A stretch of 56,640 bases of DNA, filler included, from Catajapyx aquilonaris (Eukaryota): the NCBI GenBank assembly GCA_000934665.2. It is 2 parts of 2 records of this genome, joined end to end, with 100 filler letters (N's around TTAATTAATTAA, not from the genome) between each part and the next. Parts side by side here need not be neighbours in the genome. Positions count along the whole stretch, not along the records: positions 1 to 28,262 come from JYFJ02004939.1; positions 28,363 to 56,640 come from JYFJ02004940.1. The stretch is one strand, 5' to 3'. The notes under the pieces are model-generated. The model searched no databases. It was not told the origin of the DNA and saw only the letters and a program-made list of their open reading frames with translations. Each line of letters starts with the position of its first letter. Within the stretch, counting starts at the first letter, position 1. Shown here piece after piece: positions 24,329-34,800 of this stretch. Made by a program: the position numbers and the translations under genes.

Positions 24329-25930
24329 TTATGGAATCTCACTTCCAGGTGAAACAGCAACATTCCTAAAAGCTCTGTGCATCCAGATCCGTGTGTCTTT
24401 GCAGAACAAAACAAGGGCATCCATGTAGCTCTGGACTCTGAAAGGAAATGGTCAATAGATGGGAATCCCTGACTGATCATATTTAAGCACCCCACAATCA
24501 GTATTAGGTAATTACGCATGGGATGGAGAAGCCTTTTAGAGGTATTATTGTTCGGTAGCTTTTTTCAATTTCTTATTATCGGCCTAAAATCGCCTAGAAT
24601 TGTCGGAGGACCGTGAAAAAATACTGTCGAATGCGAAAAGAGACTGACATTCATAATATCAAATAAAATACTGTACATCTTGGCCAAAAGTGCATAAATA
24701 GCGTTTTTCCATACGGCGGGGAAAATGTCTTACCTGTAGATGTAAATGAACACGTTTATTGCAAAGAAGTAGACCGTGATGAAGGTACAGTATATGTACG
24801 GAGGACTCCAAGGTCCTTCAGAGGTCAATACAAAGATGAGGAATAGCGGAAGAATCGCGCTGGTGTAAGTAGCTCCTAACAAGGCGAGGAGAATGGTCAT
24901 CCTCTTCTCTCTTTCCTTCATCTCATGAAGGGTGCTCTTCGCCATTTCTCTGCAGATATTGGAACATTTTTTAAAGTTCTTATAGATTTATCAACGGGTG
25001 GTCACATACGTACTTGAAATGCTTAAATTGTGACCAATTTTGACGTAGTTTGATCCATGTGAAAAGGAGGCAGATCTGAACTGTGATCCATGGAAGTCCA
25101 AGAGTCACTCCGAATGCTTTCAGCTGGTAAGCGTCACTCATAATACCGCACAAACCCTGTCGCCTGCTATATCCAATTTCGGAATACGCCTATTATTTTG
25201 CATTAAATATAAAGTATATCTATCTTATTCAGTCATCGAATGTATGAGGCATATGGCAAATAATGTACACTCACACTGGCTGATATGGGTACCACACTAG
25301 ACACGACCCAGACCACAATAACGGCAGGGATGCTCCCATATGGCTCGAACGTGACAGAAGCTGCTGAAGGCCACCAGAGTGACATTGTCCTGCGGACACG
25401 AAGAGATTATTACTACCATAGGAGTCGTCATGAATAATTTTAAGACCTCGTTACATCTCTTACCTACTAAGTGTAGCTGCTGCTAATGAAGTGGGTGAGG
25501 CCACTCCTGCGCAAGGGATGATGAAAGAGAATATGTAGCAGAACCTGGCTCCTAGTATCCACTTCTCATAAAACAACGTCAATGCTGCGGCTGGGAAGTT
25601 TATTAAGCAGAAGATGCAGTCTGCGAGACTTAGGCTCAGGAGCAAGACCGTGGTGCAGCTCTTCAGAGGACTTCGAGGGTCCTTGGTCCTCCACCTGGCG
25701 TATGGAATGGCCACCAGCACCAGCAAGTTTCCGAATCCTCCGACTACACTCAGAAGGAGCCAGTAAGTTGCTGCGATGATGTTGAAGTAGTATGGGTGAT
25801 ACGGATAGCAGCACGAGGGAGCGTCCTGATGGGTCAAGCAGACAAGAGATGTTTCCTGGTCGTCTCTGGAGCAGAAGGAAGACATGTTGAACTCGGCGAT
25901 AGAAGTGTTGGTCTGCTCTGAACCAGCCAT
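24329..25930 (-). CDS. Divergent class A GPCR, array copy 10, 5 exons, 360 aa
   Basis: Exons 25930-25464, 25389-25275, 25189-25014, 24949-24734, 24437-24329. Confidence 0.88.
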
Positions 25931-26379
25931 TGCAATGGACTAGGTGGATATAATGAGTCGCAACGGATTGTTGTGTGGCAACATGAGGAGGATTTACCTC
26001 AAGTAATGGCCAGGTGTGATTTGACGGGGAAGAATTGGAGTCGCAATGGATTGTCATATGATTTCATTTAGGGGATTTACCTCAGGTGATAACCAGGTCT
26101 GACATGAAGTGGAGGAATTCTGGAGCGTATAATATGTCGGAAAACAATAGGACAAGTCCCATCACACCCTGACAGGAACCAAACAACTATGGTTAGATAT
26201 ATGGCTCATTCAAATGAAAACAATGCAAGGTCATAGCAAATTGCCGAATTAGTTTTTTGTGGCTCGTTCTACATAGTTGCATCGTGTATCGGTATCCTAT
26301 AGGGATTAGGAGGAATGAAGTACCATAGAGACAAGGTGTGACCACTGATTACTACAGTATAACATTCATGCAGTTTTAA

Positions 26380-27972
26380 TTAATGAATCTGGCTTCCAGG
26401 TGAAACAGCAGCCTTCCTAAAAGCCATGCGCATCCATGTCACCGCGTCTTTGCAGAACAAAAGAACAGCAGCCATGTAGCTCTGGACCCTGAAAGAAATA
26501 AGGGGTGTATAAAGGGAGCCTTTGACTGATCGCATTTCTGTAGGTACACCTTAGTTCTTAGTAGGCTACAATATTATAGGTATGCCGTTAGATGGAAAGG
26601 TTTTTCCACGCTAATAATGTCGAGGCAGAATATAGGAGAAAACTTGCTAATCTGTAGCATACAAAAAGTCTTACCTGTAGATGTAAAGGAAGACGTTTAT
26701 TGCAAAGTAGCCGAACGCGATTAAAGTGTAATCTGTGTACGGAGGATTCCAAGGTCCTTCTGGAGTAAATACATAGATGAGTAAAGTCGGAAGTATCAAA
26801 CTGGTGTAGGCAGCTCCCAACAATGTAAGGAGAATAGTCATCCTCTTCTCTCTTTTCTTCAGCTCCTGAAGGGTGCTCTGGCCCATCTCTCTGGAAATAT
26901 TGGGACACTTTTTAAGTTCTTAATTTTCTCAACAATTAGTAACATACGTACTTGAAACGTTTAAATGGTGTCCAATTTTGACGTAGTTTGATCCATGTGA
27001 GCAGGAGACAGACCTGAACTGTGATCCATAGAAGAGCTACAGAAATCACGAATGATGGTTGCTGATAAAAGCCACTCAGGATACCGCAAATACCTGGCTT
27101 CCTGCTAAATCCAATTTTGTGATGAATCTGTATGTATTAATATAAGTAATGATTGTGTTCATTGCGTCATTGGATGAGACATGTGGGAGCGGTATACTCA
27201 CAGTGGCCAATATGGGAAATACACTAGACGCGACCCAGACCACAACGACGACAGGCATGCCCCCATATGGCTCGAAGGTGACAGAAGCTGCTGCAGGCCA
27301 CCACAGTGCCAATGTCCTGTGGATCGTAAAGAAATGTCGCTACTACCATGTAAGCAGTGTAACGGTCACTCTGACTACACTATAAATGTCTATAATTATG
27401 CTTCTGTAGATAGACATCACTATAGACATACTATATAGTACGATCTATATACCAGCATGTCTTTCTTCACGAACTCATTAGGTTACTTCTCTTTTTTCTT
27501 ACCTGCTAAGTGTAGCTGCTGCTAATGATGTCGGTGAGGCCACTCCTGCCCAAGGGACGATGAAAGCGAATACGTAGCAAAACCTGACTCCTAGTATCCA
27601 CTTGTGATACAACAACGTCAATGCTGCGATTGGAAAGTTCATGAAGCAGACGATGCAGTCCGCCAGACTCAGGCTCAGGAGGGAGATCGTGGTGGAACTC
27701 TTCAGGGGACTTCGAGGATCAGTCGTGGTCCTCCACCTGGCGTAAGGAATGGCCACCAGCGCTAGCAAGTTGCTAAATCCTCCAACCACACTCAGAAGTA
27801 AATAATATGTTGCTGCGATGATGTTGAAGAGGTAAGGATGGTCCGGGTAGCAGCAGGAAGGGGCATCCTCTTTGGTCAAGCAGACAAGAGATGTCTCCTG
27901 GTCGTCTCTAGAGCAGAAGGAAGACATGTTGAACTCTGCTGTGTAAGTGTTGGCCTGCTCTGAACCAGCCAT
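26380..27972 (-). CDS. Divergent class A GPCR, array copy 11, 5 exons, 361 aa
   Basis: Exons 27972-27503, 27316-27202, 27127-26952, 26890-26675, 26488-26380. Confidence 0.88.
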
Positions 27973-28262
27973 TGCAGGAGACTAGATGGCGGAGTAATGG
28001 ATTGTGTTGTGATTACATTTAAGGGATGGATTTACATAAAGTGATAGTCAGGTACGATGAATTCTGGAGCAGTGCGCATAAGATGTCAGAAAACAATGGG
28101 ACAGGAACCTTCACACCTTGACAACAGAGCCTACTGACATAATATGAGGTTAGATAGTAAGCGATATCAAGAGTAAATAATACAGAGTGACTGACTTGTG
28201 TGACCATCCTTTTGACGCGATGGAATTGAGCATACTCGTTGCCTCCTGGCGGGAGAGGGAGA

Positions 28263-28362
28263 NNNNNNNNNNNNNNNNNNNNNNNNNNNNNNNNNNNNNN
28301 NNNNNNTTAATTAATTAANNNNNNNNNNNNNNNNNNNNNNNNNNNNNNNNNNNNNNNNNNNN
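28263..28362. other. Artificial scaffold spacer: 44 N + TTAATTAATTAA + 44 N
   Basis: Symmetric 100-nt spacer with a six-frame stop linker. Confidence 0.95.
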
Positions 28363-28528
28363 CCGGCTATGTCCCCGAGTCGGGGATGACTGTAATTCAC
28401 AACTAATAAGTTTTTTTTCTAATTCCTTCATGAGTTCAGTTTCCCTCCAAATTCCATGACAAGTCCTACATACAAAAGAACTCCATTTCCCCACCATAAC
28501 TATATAAGACAGATATCATTTCACTTAC

Positions 28529-31500
28529 TTTGTGTCTTTGTCCATTTTACCCATCTTTTTAACAGATTTACAGGCTGATGGGATCTCCCACTCTTCATCG
28601 GAATATAATGCTGTAGATGTACGCTTACGGGTACCACCTTTCAACACCGCTGGGCTAGTAGATAGTGTTGCGTCTGATAGATTGTCATCAGGGAGTTGTC
28701 TCTCTCTCTTCTTTTGTTTCTCTTGATACCTCTGTAGCTGTATTAGTTTTTCTTCTATTTCTGGATGTAGGTTTTCTTGCCTTAGAGCGGTCTTAATTGC
28801 TAGAATGTTAATAAATGAAGGTTAATCCAATCATATGTAAAAAGGCTCCTGGAAAGCTGCCACTAATCATGCTAAGTTTTCATTACATAAAGAAGACAGC
28901 TATCTAATAATAATCGTAGCAAAATTGGAGGCCTTTATGCACAAAGGAACCAGGTGTCATGTGACTCACATGACACCTGGTTCCTTTGTGCATAAAGGCC
29001 TCCAATTGGGACCATGGAGATTCTGTCTTGCCTGACATGTCAAAAAAAGAAACCCTCAACTCATGCTTCCTCTACTAAATGTCACAGCAATTCAAATCTC
29101 CATCTGTAAGGTCAGCATGAAAATTCTTCTTAAATACACTCTTGGAATAATTACATGAATCCTCTACTTGATTTGATTCAAGGCCTACGTTTGCACTGAC
29201 TTGCAATGCATTTGCAATATGCAAGTGCATTGAAATGACTTGGCAAACTCCGACTTACTTTGCTGTATGTAGTCAGGTGTCAAAACAAACTTGTTCGATG
29301 ACCTATTAGGTGATTTACGTTCAGGGGAAGCATCAGAAGCAACCAAATTTGATCCCACAAAAGGAGGAGGAGGGACTCCCTTTGATTCTGAACTGTTGGT
29401 CATGTTGCTCAATACCAACTGGCTTGCCACTGTTACCTCCGATGAGGAACTTGGGCTCAGCTGGAATAAAATTTGCAAGTTAGGATCAAGCGCCGATAAT
29501 GCCCACTGAGCACCACAACACTTTGTGAATTTCGTGCCGTGGTTGGTTCTCATCTCTCACTACGTTTGTTCGTGTCTGAATTATTTGTAGGACATTTTTC
29601 CCCCGGAGTGGGATGGAATGGGAAGATATGAAAGGGGGGAACAGGAGGGTGGGCTAGGCTATGCGGATGGATGGATATGTTGGTTTGGTCTCTTTTCGAT
29701 GCAAATCAAATGGAGCACTCGAACAATGTCAAATGTTGGTTCACTACAGACAACTTTTAATTGGGATTGTCACGGGCACATCAGATTTGAGCACCTTTTG
29801 ACGTGAATACGTCTTTAAAATCGGGTCCATATAGAGGGGGGCATGCAGGCAAACTCGAGCGTTACAGAAAAGCGTTACAGAAAAGCGTTACAGTCTATTA
29901 TAGCCGAGTCTACTATATCCGGAGTGGCTAAATTCGGATCCGCATAGGGGGCATGGAGGCAAACTCAAGCGTTACAGAAAAGCGTTACAGTCTACTATAT
30001 CCAAGTCTACTATATCCGGAGTGGCGTGTGAGTGTTATAGTCAGGACCCTGCCATGGGGCCCATGGCGGGGGCATGCAGGGAAATTCTTAGGAGGGTCAC
30101 CATGAGTGTCCAGACTTTAGGGTCACCATGCATGTGTCCAGACTTCAATACTGATAATAGGCAATCAATTCACTCCCCCCAATACTGATCCGATTTTAAA
30201 GACGTATTCACGTCAAAAGCTGCGGCTTGTGTTCCCGACACAACCGAATGTTTTTTTGTGTGTGTTGGTGGCATGTATGGCCTTGGAGTTACCACACTGG
30301 TACAGTACTGGCCATATATTGAGGCAAACGCCAGCGACATTTTTCCGAAGCGGCAGAAGGAATCGAAGATAAGCATGCTACAAGCCGGGCGAGCAAGATT
30401 CCTTCTTCTGCCTCTTCGGAAAAATGTCGCTGTCGGTTGCCTCGATATATGGCCAGCACTGTACTATCTGTCTTTGTGACCCTGGCAGACACACTCTGTT
30501 GCATTGCCCAATGATTTTAGTTAATTGTTAGCCAACAACTCACAATAAGAGCTAGGCTCGCAACCAAAATCATTGGGCAATGTGACACACTGTGCCTGGC
30601 AGCGCCCCAAGACAGACAGTATTAGTGCAGTCGGGGGAGACGGAGTGGCGCTGCGTTAACGTGTGCGCCCACAGATGTTAAGGTCCCGGGTTCAATCCCA
30701 GCCCGGGGACACCCCCTTCATCTCGTGCAGAGTTCGGGGTCATCTCTGGCTTCTTCTCGGGTGGTATTTCCAATAGACTAAACCACCCGGGGGAGTTCAC
30801 AAAATGACCACAGCTACGACATTGCATTGCACCTTGCACATCCCCTCCTGTCACCCTGCCCATGGGCATGGGCTTTCATTAAATAGGCACCATATGTACT
30901 TAACTTAAAATCCAATAAAGGTCCATGCTATACACCCCGGAAGGGGTGAAAGCATTACCCACCAATTATTATTATTATTATTATTATTATTGGTGCAGTC
31001 AACCCAAAGCACAGAGATACACGAACACAAAGGGCTCCATCTCTCTCGGCCCAGAAGGGCAAAAATTCATTTCTGCACTTCCTTTTCGAGTTTCGTCCAT
31101 TATGTTCCGCTCTTCCCTCCTTTCAGATTCCGCCTCACTCCAGGCAAAAGTGGCCTAGCAAATAACAATTGTAATAAATAGGGTCGTCTAATGTTAAGTA
31201 TTGCAACCATTTGCCAAACAACAATAGGATGATTTATCATCATCATCATCTACATCACGTAGTGGAAAACAAGAAACTGCCACAATGCCTTATGGGTGCT
31301 TTCTGAAGCAGCCATGACACAAAATTTGCATGTTAACCGAAGCAGTAGTGGTGGAGTAGATATGGTGTCCGACTGCTAATCGGGAGGTCCTGGGTTCGAG
31401 TCCCGGGGGCCGGCGATCCTGACCTTAGTTTTCTGTAGTTTTCCAAGGTCGCCCCAGGAAAATTCCGGGATCGTACCATAAAATTGGCCTCAGCCGCTTC

Positions 31501-31778
31501 CTTCCTTTCCCTGCCCTGGAGGAGGTGTGGTGTCGGTCCACACCGACACCGCACCTAGACCCGCACCTAGGGGGGGGTGTCTCAATCTTGGCCCCCTGAG
31601 GGACTGCACACGGCCCCCACCACAAGACAATGCACTGCACCACTGTCCCTTCCTCTTTATCCCTTCCCTGTCCCCCGCACTGGAGAGAAAGAAAAAACAC
31701 GCGGAAGTAATTTTGCATAGAAAACGGAGGAGATCTCCCCCTCTACATTGACCACTAGGTCTCAAGGGGGTACCAAAA

Positions 31779-31841
<63 letters not shown>

Positions 31842-34800
31842 ATTTGCATGTTGGCATTTTCGTTTAGTCCAGAACATGCTGTGGCTGTTTTGAAAATGAC
31901 CACGACCTGAAATTTGTCTTCTTTTTGCTCATGAAATTTATGGCTTTGAGCTTAACATACAACAACAACAACATCACGACATTTCCCTGTGAGGGGTAGT
32001 CAGCGATGAAGGGAGATGCAAGTTAACCCAACATATAAACTAAATTAAAACTTGTGAAAATAAAACTATAAACTACCCGTCTCACACCCCACCCCTGCCC
32101 ATCTCAGACGACAGACACTGAATATTAAATTTAAATATTACACTATGCAACGCGGTACTTTGAGAAATCAAGCCCCCTCGCCACCAGCCACTACTCCGGA
32201 CGCCCTGGCCACGCCGACGTGTATGGCACCACCCTTGCACCTCATCGACCCCGCCAAGGACGTCCCCTCTACTCACCGGAGTGAAGGAAGCCTTATCCTC
32301 AGACCTATTGACCTATTAACCCATTAATTAACCTACGCCATTTACACCTATCCAAACAAACAACCCTAGCCACAGCCACGTCCATGGTCCTATTGACACA
32401 TGAATGTCTCGGCTTAACACTAGCAACCAGGTCAAAACAGGTAACTAGGTCAACCAGTTTGTATATCTGGGTAGTGTCCTTGGGAGTAATGGTAGAATGG
32501 ATGGGGAGATTGACAGGGGAGTTAGTTCTGGGTTGAAAGTGATAGGTGCCACAAGTAACTTTTCTAGAAATAAGGACTTGTCTTCTGCCTGTAGGTTGTC
32601 TGTCTATTCTCACGTTATTGTTCCTTCACGTATGTACGGTCTCAGTGAAGCGTGGGTTTGGTCAGATAGGCATAAGAGTAGGGTGTTGGCTACAGAGATG
32701 CGTTAACTCCGGGCCGTTTGTGGGGTTACTAAGTTGGATAAGATTAGGAATGAGGAGATTTTGCAGAGGTGTAATGTTAAGGAGACTGTTAACCCTGTAG
32801 CGTGCATTGTTGCCTGAGGACAACAATTAATTTGCACAGGCGCCATAAGCTTCAACATTGGTCCTGGAAACCACAGTGTGGCTTGATGTCACAGTTAGTT
32901 TGTTAGCTTCCGTTAGATGACAAGCAATGTCGACAATGATACGATCAGGATATGGTATGAAGCGGAGAGAAGCCAAGGTCATTGAAAATGGCGCGAAATT
33001 TGAATTTGCTGAAGCAGCAATTGTTTCTGGAGCTGATTAGATATAGGTGCAGATATTAAATATCCAATTACATGTGTAACACTGCAAGAGTAGCTCTCTC
33101 GTCGCCATTTGAGGCCATTCTAATTTTGCCAGCATAATTTCATCACAATTTTTTGGCGGCGCAGGCACAATATTGCTTGAGGTTTGATTCCCAAGTCATT
33201 GTACGTATTTTTATTCAAAAACGGAAACATGTACAGATATGACCATTACTACGTTTTTAAGGTCCGGCGATTACAATTTGGACTGGAATATAGATGGCCT
33301 CGAGATCTCAAGGGGAGCCGGTAAACGAAAGGGGATTGTGACCCCCCCACCCCGAGCTGCATGAGACAGTGGAATGGTGGGGGTTATGATCACCATTCGT
33401 TTTCTGACCCCCTTTGCGATATGGATGCCATCTATATATCAGGTGAAATTGTAATCGCCGGACCTTCAAAACTTACCAAAGGTCATCTCTGTATGTAATA
33501 CCATTTTTGAATAAAAAAAATACTCGTCATGACTTTTGACTCAGCCGGTGTAACTTCAAAGTCATTGGGTCAGAGATGACCAAAACATAATAAAAACCAT
33601 CCTTACGTCGCATATGATGAGAAAAAGGCATTGGAATTTTTTTCTTCCCACAATCCTAAATATGTGCATTACAGGGTTAAAGATAAGGTGTGTAGGCCTA
33701 CTCTAAGGTGGTTTGGCCATGTGGAGAGGATGAAGAAGGAGGAGATTGGGAAGAAGGTTTATTTGAGTGGAGGAGTTGGTAAGAGGGGCAAGGGTAGGCC
33801 TAGGAAGACATGGTTTTTTACGGTGTCTTAAGGGTGTTGCTAGCTTAACATAACCACATATAATTGTTATCCTAACATGCAGATTCTCTATGTCTGTAAT
33901 TTAATAATGATACAACTTTATTGCATGCTCTCAATCCTCCACCATGGCGAGGATATTTTCATTGCGCTCTGATTGTGCCTTTCACTGGCCACGCAGCTAA
34001 TTTCTGTGCTAAACCAACAAATTGTTGACTAAATAAAAATTGGAAAGAGTTTTTTCAAAAATTATTCTCCAAGTTTTATGCAGCATTATTTTAGAATTGT
34101 TTGGAATGCTCTGACCATACCACTTGTTGCTCATACCAGTGGCCTTCATACAGTATGTTTCTGAGCAGTAAATGAGCCGGAAGGTCATTTCGAAGTCAAT
34201 TATCAAACTGTGATTGAAAAAGCCAAGGGCCTTGTACTCCTGGTACAGGGAGCGGCTACTTGCAATGAGGTTCAAAATTTTGCTGTTATATTAGAATTCA
34301 TGCCTGAATATCAAATATTATGTTGATATGTTGAATAAGTACTGTATGTGTCATAATCCTTCACTGTTCACCTCATCACTTTTCCTCTACACATCAGATG
34401 AAAATGACTGGTGATTGTACCCATGCAAATTATGACAAAATATCAGATTATGTACAGGTATTTGCAATGCATAATCAGAGATTCTCGATATTCATTTGCA
34501 TTGGCATGATTAGCCATTAGATAAGTCCTTTTTATAACATGAGATGGAGAGCTGAATGGTGCAATGAACGTCAAGCAAAGGAGTCAGATCTAATTCCAGA
34601 AGTGGGTGTTTTGCCTATTTATAGCACACAAATCCTATCCTGTGCCTTTATACCCGATCAATTCTGTAGAATTGTCCTGAGGCAGACTCGGCTTCTTGAT
34701 GGGTAACAGGCACATTTCATCGAATCTTTGACCTAATGGGTGATGTTATGAGTCAAGATTATGCTTTACTGTTGGTTTTTGTGGGAGTGTGGTTCCAGGA

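Noticed and set aside
2263..27972. Opsin cluster, or one gene with mutually exclusive exon cassettes
   Set aside because: No TM7 lysine; each unit has its own ATG, full exon set and stop, so they are separate genes
28307..28318. TTAATTAATTAA island between N runs
   Set aside because: Symmetric synthetic scaffold linker with stops in all frames; not biological
28529..28799. Possible LINE ORF1 fragment next to the gap
   Set aside because: It splices in phase to the FVLTPDYIQQ exon and matches the conserved NURF301 EIEEKL..LQRYQ motif
30633..31420. Additional tRNA genes suggested by B boxes (also at 41970 and 49700)
   Set aside because: No complete cloverleaf; each continues into a repeated SINE body
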